A stretch of DNA of 42,981 bases from an uncultured Bacilli bacterium (GTDB taxonomy: Bacteria; Bacillota_I; Bacilli_A; RF39; UBA660). Location: positions 1 to 42,981 of the forward strand of contig CANQVB010000003.1 of NCBI GenBank assembly GCA_947627225.1, written 5' to 3'. Both the position numbers and the translations under genes were made by a program. The stretch's first letter is position 1; each line of letters begins with the position of its first letter. The notes under the pieces were generated by a model. The model was not told the DNA's origin. It saw nothing but the letters and a program-made list of their open reading frames with translations, and made no database searches. Shown here one piece after another: positions 18,735 through 29,100 of the stretch.

Positions 18735-21665
18735 GTGGATAAAATTAAGAATTTATTTTTAAGAGATAGTTATCAAGATTTAAAGAAAAATTATGAAGAA
18801 ATTTTGTTGAAAAAGAAAACGACTTGGGATATTGTTGTAATTACAGCTTCCAATAAGATGCAAGCAGATACTTACAAGACAGAATTACAAAAACGAAAAA
18901 AGGAAGGCTTAATTCCTTCACAAACAGATTTTTATGTAATTCCTGACTTAAGAGGAAATAGGATTGGAAGTGGTGGTTCTACTTTATATGTTCTTGCAAA
19001 ATTACAAAAAAAATATGATTTATCGAAGAAGAAAATTTTAATTGTTCATTCTGGAGGGGATAGTAAGCGAATTCCACAATATTCTTGTTTTGGAAAACTT
19101 TTTGCTCCAATTCCTCGCGAATTTGTTCCGGATAGTTCATCAACTTTGTTTGATGAAATCATGATTCAGATGGCAGACATCCCCAATCGCATGGACGAAG
19201 GTATCTTTGTCATGTGTGGGGATGGATTAGTTCTTTTTAATCCATTACAAATTGACTTGCAATATAAAAAGGCAGTTGCCATTTCTATAAAAGTGCCCAA
19301 AGAAATGGGCTGTAATCATGGTGTCTTTGTTTCTGATTCTGAGAATACGATTACAGAATTTCTTCATAAAAAACCTCTTTCTATTCTAGAACAAAAGGCG
19401 GTTCGCAATAATACTGTTGACTTAGATACAGGAATGGTATACCTTCACTCTGAAATCGTTATCAAATTATTATCATTAATTCAAACCCAAAAAACTTTTT
19501 CTCAGTTTATTTCTAGTAAAGTAAGTCTTAATTTTTATGGGGATTTCTTATATCCTTTAGCTAAGAACGCAACCTTAAAAGATTATTTGCAAGAACAAGG
19601 TGAAAAAGAAAAATCTGTGCAGCTTGAAGAATGCAGAAAAAAAATTTGGGAGGTACTTTCTGGATATGCATTACAAATTGTAAAACTAGTTCCTGCTTTG
19701 TATCTTCATTTTGGAACAACAGAAGAAGTTTTAAATATTATGACACAAGATTTAGAAGAATATTATTATCTTGATTGGAAAAGTGAAGTTTCTTCTTACA
19801 TGTCTCAAAATTATCCAATTACAACAATTAACAGTTGGATTCAAGATACATCATTTGCTAAAAACATCTATATTGAAAATAGTATTGTTGAAAATGCAAC
19901 CATTCATTCTAATACAATTTTATCCAACACAACAATTAGAGGGAAAGAATTGCCAAATAATGTGGTACTTTCAACGGTTTTATTGAAAGGTGGCCAATAT
20001 GTTACAAGAATTTATGATATTTCTTGTAATCCAAAAGAACCACTCGCAATCAATACTGTATTTAAAAATGCTACCAATAAAAAATTCTTTCAGTCATTTT
20101 CTGAAACAAGTATTTGGGATGCTTCTTTATATCCGGTAAAGTCTACACTGGAAGAAAGCGTAGAGGCAGCACTTTCTCTTTATAGAATCGTACATAATAT
20201 GGCAACCAGCGAAGAGGAAAAAAGCTATTACGATTCAACTAGAATTAGCATGTGCGATAGTTTTAATCAAGCCAATACAAAAGAAATGAGTATGCAATTA
20301 GAGAATTTGAAAGAGAATATTCTTTTGAAAAAAATAACAACGGTACTTGAAAAAATGGGGCCTTTACAACCTGTTTATGATATTCTTGTGTCATCTTCTA
20401 AACAAAAGAAAATCTTGCAAAAATTAACAGATGCTTTAAAAGATAACAATCATAGTTTCAATATGAGAGTTTACTATTTACTTTCCATGTTGGATCCGAA
20501 AAAACAGGAAGAATATCTAGAGAAGGTTTTTCAAGAAGTAAAACAAAGTGTTGCCAAACCACATGAGAAGGCCTCTCCTAAATTCGAAAAAGATTTCATT
20601 GAATTAAAAAGCCCTGTACGTATTAACCTTGGTGGAGCTTGGAATGATGCACCTCCTTATTGTATTGAAAGGGGAAGTTGTGTTTTAAATGCTGCTGTTT
20701 TATTAAATCATTGTTATCCTATTTCTGTGTGTATAAAAAAATTAAAAGAGCGAAAAATTGTCTTTGAATGCATTGATTATAATGATAAAACTGAAATGAA
20801 AACATTGGGTGAAATTTTAGATTGTAGTAATCCAAATGATTCCTATGCGCTTTTAAAATGTGCTTGTGTAATTAGTGGTTTAGTTAGTGAAAAAGAAACT
20901 TTGCAAGATATATTTACTAAAATTGGTGGCGGAATTCAAATTACAACAAATACTGAAATGATACCCCGAGGAAGTGGTCTTGGGACAAGTAGTATTTTAG
21001 CAGGCACTGTTTTAAAGGCACTATATCAATTTATGGGATATGAAATTGATGACAGCACAATTTTTCACGAAGTTTTATGTTTGGAACAGCTTATGAGTAC
21101 AGGTGGTGGTTGGCAGGATCAAGTTGGTGGACTTGTAAAAGGATTAAAAATAACAAGAACACAGCCAGGTAGTTATCAAAAATTTCAAATTCAAAAGATT
21201 TCTTTACCAAAGAAAATTAAAGAAGAATTAAACGAAAGATTGCTGTTAATCAATACAGCACAAAGACGTCTTGCTCGTAATATTTTGCGTGAAGTTGTAA
21301 AAAAATATATAAAAGGAGATCAAGAATTTTTACAACTTTTAGCGGATGTACAAGTTATTGCACAGGATATGGTAAATGCTCTTGAAAATGGAGATTTTAA
21401 GCAATTTGGAAAGCTATTGGATGAACATTTGGAATATATCAAAAAATTAGATCAAAATTCTACCAACACATGTATTGATTTTATCTTTGAAAGCATCTCT
21501 GATTTAATTGATGGAAAAAGTGTATTAGGCGCTGGGGGTGGAGGCTTTTTAATCGTTTTATTGAAAAAAGGCGTCACTAAAGAGAAATTTGATCAAAGCA
21601 TTATGGAAGTGTTTCAGGATACAGGCGTTATGAGTTTCCAAGTTGAAGTAGAGGAGGAAGTATGA
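18735..21665 (+). CDS. fkp: Bifunctional L-fucokinase / GDP-L-fucose pyrophosphorylase (Fkp-like)
   Basis: N-terminal RIGSGGSTL, HSGGDSKRIPQYS..GKLF, HGVF, FLHK, HFGTT; C-terminal GHMP kinase PVRINLGG, PRGSGLGTSS, GGGWQDQ, GAGGGG. Confidence 0.88.
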   Translation: MDKIKNLFLRDSYQDLKKNYEEILLKKKTTWDIVVITASNKMQADTYKTELQKRKKEGLIPSQTDFYVIPDLRGNRIGSGGSTLYVLAKLQKKYDLSKKKILIVHSGGDSKRIPQYSCFGKLFAPIPREFVPDSSSTLFDEIMIQMADIPNRMDEGIFVMCGDGLVLFNPLQIDLQYKKAVAISIKVPKEMGCNHGVFVSDSENTITEFLHKKPLSILEQKAVRNNTVDLDTGMVYLHSEIVIKLLSLIQTQKTFSQFISSKVSLNFYGDFLYPLAKNATLKDYLQEQGEKEKSVQLEECRKKIWEVLSGYALQIVKLVPALYLHFGTTEEVLNIMTQDLEEYYYLDWKSEVSSYMSQNYPITTINSWIQDTSFAKNIYIENSIVENATIHSNTILSNTTIRGKELPNNVVLSTVLLKGGQYVTRIYDISCNPKEPLAINTVFKNATNKKFFQSFSETSIWDASLYPVKSTLEESVEAALSLYRIVHNMATSEEEKSYYDSTRISMCDSFNQANTKEMSMQLENLKENILLKKITTVLEKMGPLQPVYDILVSSSKQKKILQKLTDALKDNNHSFNMRVYYLLSMLDPKKQEEYLEKVFQEVKQSVAKPHEKASPKFEKDFIELKSPVRINLGGAWNDAPPYCIERGSCVLNAAVLLNHCYPISVCIKKLKERKIVFECIDYNDKTEMKTLGEILDCSNPNDSYALLKCACVISGLVSEKETLQDIFTKIGGGIQITTNTEMIPRGSGLGTSSILAGTVLKALYQFMGYEIDDSTIFHEVLCLEQLMSTGGGWQDQVGGLVKGLKITRTQPGSYQKFQIQKISLPKKIKEELNERLLLINTAQRRLARNILREVVKKYIKGDQEFLQLLADVQVIAQDMVNALENGDFKQFGKLLDEHLEYIKKLDQNSTNTCIDFIFESISDLIDGKSVLGAGGGGFLIVLLKKGVTKEKFDQSIMEVFQDTGVMSFQVEVEEEV

Positions 21666-22414
21666 AAATTTCAGTAGTAACCGTTTGTTATAATTCAGAA
21701 AAAACGATAAAAGATACTTTGGAATCTGTCTTAAAACAAGATTATAAATCGTATGAGCACATTATTATTGACGGAAAAAGTAGTGATAAAACATTAGAGA
21801 TTGTAAAATCTTATGAAAAAAAGTATCAGGGTAGATTAAAAATTGTTAGCGAAAAGGATAAGGGACTTTATGATGCTATGAATAAAGGAATTGAACTAGC
21901 CACAGGGGATGTTATTGGACTTTTAAATTCAGATGATGAATTGGCAGATATCACTGTTTTGAAAACGATTGCGGGTGCCTTTTCCAAAGAAAACTGTGAT
22001 GCAATTTATGGAGATTTAGAGTTTCGTGATGAAACAATGCAAAAAGTAACACGTATTTGGAAAAGCAAAACGGGAAGTTATAAGTGGGGGTGGCACCCAC
22101 CACACCCAACACTCTATGTGAAGAAAGAAGTTTATAAAAAATTAGGGTTATTTAATTTAAAATATCCTATTTGTGCAGATTATGATTTTATGATTCGTCT
22201 GATGAAGAGCAATATTCAACTATTTTATATAGAAAAAGTTTTAATTCATATGCGAAGAGGTGGACGTTCGACAGATGGAATAAAGGGCTATTTTAATAAT
22301 TTTAAAGAAAGCTATCGAATGTTAAAGGATAACGAGATTCCTTTTGCATTCTTTGTAAATTTGAAAAGAACATTTAAAACGTTTAAACAGGCAATTCAAG
22401 CTAAATTTAATTGA
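21662..22414 (+). CDS. GT2 glycosyltransferase, WcaE/WfgS-like (candidate fucosyltransferase)
   Basis: ISVVTVCYN, IDGKSSD, SEKDKGLYDAMNKG, LNSDD, PPHPT, ADYDF; ATGA-coupled to fkp. Confidence 0.8.
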   Translation: MKISVVTVCYNSEKTIKDTLESVLKQDYKSYEHIIIDGKSSDKTLEIVKSYEKKYQGRLKIVSEKDKGLYDAMNKGIELATGDVIGLLNSDDELADITVLKTIAGAFSKENCDAIYGDLEFRDETMQKVTRIWKSKTGSYKWGWHPPHPTLYVKKEVYKKLGLFNLKYPICADYDFMIRLMKSNIQLFYIEKVLIHMRRGGRSTDGIKGYFNNFKESYRMLKDNEIPFAFFVNLKRTFKTFKQAIQAKFN

Positions 22415-22445
22415 GTTTTAATCCAAGAAAAGAGGTATAGTAGTT

Positions 22446-23177
22446 ATGAAAAAAGACAAAGTATTATTAGTTATTCCTGCTTATAACGAGGAAGAAAATA
22501 TTGGAAAAGTTTTAGAGGAAATTAAAAAAGATATACAATATGCAGATGTTCTTGTAATCAATGATTGTAGCAAAGATCGTACACGAGAAATTGTAGACGA
22601 ACACCATGTAAATTGCATTAACAATATTTTTAATATGAAGTATGCAATGGCTATTCAAACAGGAATTAAGTATGCTTTTGAACATGATTATGATTATGTC
22701 ATTCAATTTGATGCTGACGGACAACATATCGCCAAAGAAGCAGAAAAATTATATAAGGTTGCAAAATCTGAGCAGTATGACATTGTAATAGGTTCTCGTT
22801 ATTTGGAGGACACAGGTTATAAATGTCCATTATTTAGAAGGATTGGTACCAAAATATTTGAAATTTTAATCAAATTATTCTGTCGAAAAAGAATAGCGGA
22901 TCCAACGTCTGGTTTTCAGTGCTTAAATAAAAGAGTAATTAAAAAATATGCTCAAATGGGAAATTATCCTGAGTTCCCTGATGCTAATTTAATTATTGAA
23001 ATGTTAAGAGGCGGTTATACAATAAAAGAAGTGCCAGTTAAAATGCGGAATAGAGAAACAGGAGAAAGTATGCATGGAGGAATAATAAAGCCAATCAAAT
23101 ATATGATTACTATGTTTTATACGATTGTGTTTATTGTAATTTCAACTCCAAAAGTTAAGGGTGATAAAAATGAATAG
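22446..23177 (+). CDS. DPM-synthase-like GT2 (GacI/WpsA-like polyprenyl-phosphate glycosyltransferase)
   Basis: IPAYNEE, INDCSKD, QFDADGQH, IGSRY, DPTSGF, EVPVKM..R..GES; followed by a DUF2304-like gene. Confidence 0.85.
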   Translation: MKKDKVLLVIPAYNEEENIGKVLEEIKKDIQYADVLVINDCSKDRTREIVDEHHVNCINNIFNMKYAMAIQTGIKYAFEHDYDYVIQFDADGQHIAKEAEKLYKVAKSEQYDIVIGSRYLEDTGYKCPLFRRIGTKIFEILIKLFCRKRIADPTSGFQCLNKRVIKKYAQMGNYPEFPDANLIIEMLRGGYTIKEVPVKMRNRETGESMHGGIIKPIKYMITMFYTIVFIVISTPKVKGDKNE

Positions 23178-23511
23178 AATATATTTTATAATAATTGCAC
23201 TACTGTGTATGATATATATTGTGAATGATATTAGAAAGAAAAGGTTTTCCATCAAAGAAAGTTTTTGGTGGGTAATGGCAACACTTGTTATATTATTTTT
23301 GGCAATATTTCCTTATAGTATTAACTGGATAGCAAAACAAATTGGAGTAGAATATCCACCTTCTTTATTATTTGTTTTCTGTATTTTATTCCTAATTTTT
23401 ATCAACTTTAAAAATAGTAAAAGAATCAATGAAAATCAAATGAAAATAATAGAATTATCTCAACAATTAGCTTTATTAAAAGAAGAAGCAAAAAAAATAC
23501 ATAAAAAATAA
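23170..23511 (+). CDS. DUF2304-like small membrane protein (GacJ/WpsB-like activator)
   Basis: 3 TMs, IRKKRF..KES..W, AIFP, IGVEYPPS, C-terminal coiled coil ELSQQLAL; ATG 23170. Confidence 0.8.
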   Translation: MNRIYFIIIALLCMIYIVNDIRKKRFSIKESFWWVMATLVILFLAIFPYSINWIAKQIGVEYPPSLLFVFCILFLIFINFKNSKRINENQMKIIELSQQLALLKEEAKKIHKK

Positions 23512-23569
23512 TAGCATATATTATGCGTAATATTTGAAAATAACACAAGAAATACAAGGATGTGAAAAA

Positions 23570-23917
23570 ATGAAATATTTATTAACAATTATATACATTC
23601 TCTTGACAACTGGGGGACTTTTCTGCTTAAAAGCAGGAGGAAATACCTTATCATTAACATTAAAAGATGGAATTAACTTCAGGATTGGTTTTGTTACTAC
23701 GTTTGGTTTTCTTCTTTATATTGGGAGTTTTCTTCTTTGGCAAAAATTATTAGCAACCTATGATTTAAGTTATATTGTACCGCTTACAACTGGAATTGTA
23801 CAAGTCGTTGTTTTGCTAGTAAGTTATTTCTTTTTTAAAGAATCCATTAGCCTTGTAAATCTAATTGGAATTATTTTTGTAATAATAGGCGTGATCTTTA
23901 TTTCTATAAAAAAATGA
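23570..23917 (+). CDS. Small 4-TM EamA/SMR-like protein (ArnE/F-type lipid-linked sugar flippase candidate)
   Basis: 115 aa, four TMs, LY..SF.LW..LL...DLSYIVP, FFKE.IS...IG...IIG pattern; ATG 23570. Confidence 0.7.
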   Translation: MKYLLTIIYILLTTGGLFCLKAGGNTLSLTLKDGINFRIGFVTTFGFLLYIGSFLLWQKLLATYDLSYIVPLTTGIVQVVVLLVSYFFFKESISLVNLIGIIFVIIGVIFISIKK

Positions 23918-24016
23918 TACTTACCCACTTTCAAACTGTATTAAAGAAAAAGATATTTAGTGAAAGAAAATAAACAAGGGATAATGCTTTCCTTTACATC
24001 TAATTTGGTCGTATTC

Positions 24017-24045
24017 TTGTCAAAATAAATTTCTTCTCATATACT
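24017..24045 (+). promoter_or_regulatory. Sigma-A-type promoter of the glmS transcript
   Basis: TTGTCA-17 bp-TATACT. Confidence 0.75.
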
Positions 24046-24082
24046 AAAGGTAGAGATTTATCAAAAAGGAGGTTCTATAAAT

Positions 24083-24224
24083 CTTAAGCGCCAGAGCTGT
24101 TGTTAGCTGACGAGGAGAGTAGTTATCGAAAGATTCGGCGGATGCTACTACGGATCCTGTAGTTCGTAAGATTTGTTTTTAAAAACTTAAATCAAAATAA
24201 GAACAAAGAAACAAGTCACTACAG
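24083..24224 (+). ncRNA. glmS glucosamine-6-phosphate-activated ribozyme
   Basis: Conserved core AGCGCCAG...GACGAGG...TTATCGAA...TTCGGCGGATGC; predicted cleavage between A24087 and G24088; CTGTAGT (24157-63) pairs with ACTACAG (24218-24); directly 5' of glmS. Confidence 0.95.
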
Positions 24225-24241
24225 AAATTTAGGAGGAATTT

Positions 24242-26038
24242 ATGTGTGGTATTATTGGCTATATTGGGTCGAATCATCCGATTCAAAAGTTAGTCAATGG
24301 ATTAGAAAATTTAGAATACAGGGGGTATGATTCAGCAGGGGTAGCACTTTTAAATCAGAAGAATTTACAGGTCATTAAGTGTGCTGGAAAAATTCGAAAT
24401 TTGAAAGAAAAAATAGAAAAGACAAATGTTATTGCTTGTCATCTTGGAATTGCACATACAAGGTGGGCTACACATGGTATTGCAAATACAGCAAATGCGC
24501 ATCCACATACAGTTGGAAAGGTGACAGTTGTACACAATGGAATCATTGAAAATGAAGCTATTTTGCGGAAAAAATTAAAAAAAGAAGGTTACTCTTTTCA
24601 GACAGAAACCGATACGGAAGTCATTGCAGCATTGCTGGATTCTTATCGAGACGAGGGGATTCTTGTAGCGATTCAAAAAATGTATCAGGAGGTAGTAGGA
24701 TCTTATGCGCTTGGTATTGTAGTAGAAGGGGATAGTAATCATCTTTATGCGATTCGAAAAGCTTCCCCACTTTTTGTTGGAATATCTGATACTGGATTTT
24801 ATATTACGAGTGATGTGGGTGCGATTTTACAAGATACGAACCGCTACTTTTTGCTAGAAGAAGGAGAAATTGCCATCTTAAGTCAAAAAAATGTAAAAGT
24901 CTTAAATCAAAATGGGAAAATTGTTAAAAAGAAAGTTTTAACGTGTGATGAATCTAATCGTCCTAGTTCAAAACAAAAGTATGCGCATTACATGTTAAAA
25001 GAAATGTTGGAAGAACCCAAATTACTAGAAAATTTATTGGATTACTATGCAAAAACAACTTCCTTTTTCTTAAAAAATTTTCCGGATATCAGTGCTTATG
25101 AAGAAATTCATATCGTTGCTTGTGGAAGTGCTCTTTATGCAGGAATGATTGGTAAATATTTATTAGAAGAAAAAGCGAAAATTCCAGTACGTGTTGAAGT
25201 AGCCAGTGAATATCGATATCAACATACGCTATACAATCACAAAACACTAGTTCTTTTAATTTCTCAATCTGGAGAAACCGCCGATACAATTGCATCACTC
25301 AACAAGGCGAAGGAAAATGGAATCGATACAATGGGAATTGTCAATGTTGAAATGTCTACGATTGCAAGAGAAGTGGATCATGCGCTTTTCCTTCATGCCG
25401 GTCGTGAAGTGGCAGTTGCTACTACCAAAGCTTATTTATTGCAAGTAGCACTTCTATCGCTTCTTGCATTAAAGGCAGGTGTTCAAAAGAAATTCATTTC
25501 AAATACGGAATTAGAAGAAATATTTATAGCATTTCGAAAAGCACCTTCCCAAATTCAAGCTGTATTAGATGGGGCATATCGAACTTATGCCAAGCAGCTT
25601 TCCAAGCAGGAAAACGTCTTTTTCTTAGGAAGAGGGATGGACTATGCCATTTGCTTAGAAGGAAGTTTAAAATTAAAAGAGATTTCATACATACACAGTG
25701 AAGCTTATCAAGCAGGAGAATTAAAACACGGAACCATTTCTTTAATTCGTGAAAAAACGCCTGTTCTTGCTGTAATTACCAATCCTGAATTAAGCGATAA
25801 AACCATATCCAATTTGAAAGAAACAGAAGCAAGAGGTGCAGATACAATGGTAGTGGTAACGGATTCTATAAAAGACAAAATAGAGGGGGCGAAAATCATC
25901 ATTCCAAAGACACATGTCTTTGTACAAACACTTCTTGTGGTTCCAGCTTTACAAATGTTAGCCTATGAAGTTGCCAAAGAAAGAGGTTGTGAGATCGATC
26001 AACCAAAAAACTTAGCTAAATCTGTGACGGTAGAATAG
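24242..26038 (+). CDS. glmS: Glutamine--fructose-6-phosphate transaminase (isomerizing)
   Basis: MCGIIG N-terminal Cys, LEYRGYDSAG, HTRWATHG, SQSGETADT, ELKHG, PKNLAKSVTVE. Confidence 0.98.
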   Translation: MCGIIGYIGSNHPIQKLVNGLENLEYRGYDSAGVALLNQKNLQVIKCAGKIRNLKEKIEKTNVIACHLGIAHTRWATHGIANTANAHPHTVGKVTVVHNGIIENEAILRKKLKKEGYSFQTETDTEVIAALLDSYRDEGILVAIQKMYQEVVGSYALGIVVEGDSNHLYAIRKASPLFVGISDTGFYITSDVGAILQDTNRYFLLEEGEIAILSQKNVKVLNQNGKIVKKKVLTCDESNRPSSKQKYAHYMLKEMLEEPKLLENLLDYYAKTTSFFLKNFPDISAYEEIHIVACGSALYAGMIGKYLLEEKAKIPVRVEVASEYRYQHTLYNHKTLVLLISQSGETADTIASLNKAKENGIDTMGIVNVEMSTIAREVDHALFLHAGREVAVATTKAYLLQVALLSLLALKAGVQKKFISNTELEEIFIAFRKAPSQIQAVLDGAYRTYAKQLSKQENVFFLGRGMDYAICLEGSLKLKEISYIHSEAYQAGELKHGTISLIREKTPVLAVITNPELSDKTISNLKETEARGADTMVVVTDSIKDKIEGAKIIIPKTHVFVQTLLVVPALQMLAYEVAKERGCEIDQPKNLAKSVTVE

Positions 26039-26058
26039 CTGTCAACTCTTGTCAATGT

Positions 26059-26089
26059 AAGAAAGAAGAAGGAAACCTTCTTTCTTTTT
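26059..26089 (+). terminator. Intrinsic terminator after glmS
   Basis: AAGAAGG-AAA-CCTTCTT hairpin followed by TCTTTTT. Confidence 0.6.
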
Positions 26090-26135
26090 GGCTTAAAATA
26101 TAGTATACTTAAAGTAAGAATGGGAGGGAAGAAAA

Positions 26136-29100
26136 ATGCAGAGAAAAAGATTGCTCTTATTTGGAATTTTATTGTTTGCTTTTGCTTTTACTCCTGATGT
26201 ATTTGCTTTTTCATCTAGTAATTATCGAAATAAAAGTTTATGTGGAGTCTTTGAAGTCGCAGGGTTTCATAGTGATGGGGTCATTGATCCAGTGAGTTGT
26301 CATGGAAGTTATGATGCCGCCAAAGCTTGGATGAGAAATAATGGCGCAGATGACCTTGCAATTCTTACTAAAGTGAATGGCGTGACTGAAATTATTGATG
26401 CAAACGTTGCGCTTCTTGATTTGACAATACCGCCTGATATGACATATTTTTATACCAATCCTGAACTTTCAGGTTACGCATATACGTATATGGATACAGG
26501 TTCTTTATATGGAGGTGTCGATGGGGCTTTACTGGATGCATCATATTCTTCTTCAAAAGGAACTTGGACTGCGAAAGTTAGAACGGGAAATTGTACAGCT
26601 TGGATTGAAAAAAGAATGTATGAAATTGTTCCAATTACTTGGGTTCGATCAAGTAGTAGTTATACCGTAACAAGTGAATCAATTCGACATAATTATGTTG
26701 AAAAAATTCAAAATACCTATAATGGAAGTAGGGGAAGTACCATTGGTCCAAAACCTTCTATGCTTTCTGCTGGAACGTATTATAGTTATGATGGTCACTA
26801 TTTCTATCGCGATTTAACAACCATGCTAAAAGACTACAGAAATGGAACGTATCAACATGCCGTGAATGCGAACAATGTCTATTACAACTACTATATGTAT
26901 CTATCTAATCATACAAGGACCAGTTACTCTAGTGTAAACATCGATGAATACATTCGAAATTCCTTAGGTGTTGTGGGGGATGCTAACGGAACAACAGCTT
27001 ATGGTGGTAGATCTCGACTTTATGGAAAAGGAACTTTCTTCTACTATGCCCAAGAAAAGTATGGGGTGAATGCAGTTCTTGCCCTTAGTTTAAGTCGGAA
27101 TGAAACGGGGAATGGAACAAGTAATTTAGCGGTAAATAAAAACAATGGCTTTGGTTTAAATGCAGTTGATAGTAGTCCAACAGAATCTGCCAATTGGTAT
27201 GCTTCTTTCGCAGAAAGTATATTGGGTTACGCTTCTAAGTGGATTACTTATGGATATGCGCATCCAAGAGATTGGCGTTATTTCGGACCACAGTTTGGGG
27301 ATAAATGGAGTGGTATGAACGTCAAATATGCATCCGATACATTCTGGAGTGAAAAGATGGCTGCGAACTACTATGCACTTGATAAAGCAAAAGGCCTTCA
27401 AGATTACGACTACTATCAATTGGGTGTTGCGACAAGACAAGTCAATGCCATGAGTGATGCATCCAACAGTTCTAAATTTATCTATTCATACCCTGAAGCA
27501 GAAGATGCTGTTGTTATCGTTGGAGAGAAAAAGGGAGAAAGCGTAAATGGCAATAACCTCTGGTATCAAGTAGTGAGTGACTTAAACATCGATTCTAACT
27601 ACAACGAGATTACATCTGGAAATTATAACTGGAATGGAACCGTTTATGTGCCTGCCGCATACATCAAGAAAATCAATCAAGGAAAACGAGGTTATGTATC
27701 TCCTAACAGTGTGACAGAGTACCAAGATAAATATTATACCTATGATTTATATGTTGAAAATACTGTTTTAAAACCAAAAGTTGCGAAAACAGTCAAAGAT
27801 ACAAATTATTATTATGATCCAGCACTCACAAGTCAAAAGAGTCAAAACGTCGTAAAAGACCGGTATGTTATGGTTTATACAACGGCTTATAATAAAGCAG
27901 GAACTCCAGTATCTTATCTTATTACTTCAGATTACTTCTATGACCAAAAAGAATGGGTCAAGGCAGATACCATTCAATTTGTAGATAGTGATTATGGAAA
28001 AGTAACCATTTCTACTGGCTCAAATGACTATACATGGGTTAACTCTGTTCCCCAAGAAACAGCTAATACCGTCATTGGTGGACAGTTTAACAACTCTTAT
28101 GTCCCAATCTTAGGACAAACCACTGCAAGTGATGGTAGAGTTTGGTACAAAGTTCCCGTTGACCTCAATGGAACAGAGCAAGAATTTGGATGGACCTTAC
28201 AAGCATCACCTGGTGTTGCTGTTACAAAGCTCCATGCCAAAGCAGACAATCATGCCCCTGTAATTCGTGCTCAAAATAGAAGCATTGTGCAAGGTAGTAA
28301 ATGGGATCCTAAAGCAGGTGTCAGTGCGACAGATCAGGAAGATGGCAACTTAACTGCCAAGCTTGTCGTTTTAAAAGATGCTGTTCAAATTGATGTACCA
28401 GGAACTTATGAAGTCATCTATTCTGTTACAGATAAAAGTAATTTAAAGACAACGAAAACCATTCAAGTGACAGTAACAGAAAACAAAAAACCAGTGCTTG
28501 TTGCGGAAGATATGAAGATAACCATTGGAAAAGAATTCCATGAAAAAGAAGGAGTAACAGCAAATGATGCCGAAGATGGAGACCTGACTTCAAAAATCGT
28601 CGTGACTGAAAACAAGGTCAATACCAAAGCATTAGGCAGCTATCCAGTTACTTATTCTGTTACAGATAGCTACAACCAGACGACAGAAAAGACCATTACC
28701 GTTACGGTTATCGAAGACCAAAAGCCAGAAATTACAACGACAACTACAACGGCATACTTAAATCGTGATTTTGAACCGCTTAAAATCGTAAAAGCTACTG
28801 ACTTTGAAGATGGAGATCTTACCAAAGCAGTTGAAGTGGTTAAAAATGATGTAGATACCACAAAGATAGGTCCCTATGAAGTTACATACCGGGTTCGTGA
28901 TTCTTATGGACACGAAGTAACCAAAACCTTTACGATTACGGTACAAGAAAAACAATTGGAAGAAAAACCTGGTCTATTCTACTTTGATTCTCTAAAAGAA
29001 GAAGCAGGAAAACTTGTTATCAAAGGATACCATGCGATTCAAGGAATCGATCATAAAAAGGATACGGCTATTTCTTACAAGCTCGTCTTCCAAAATATAA

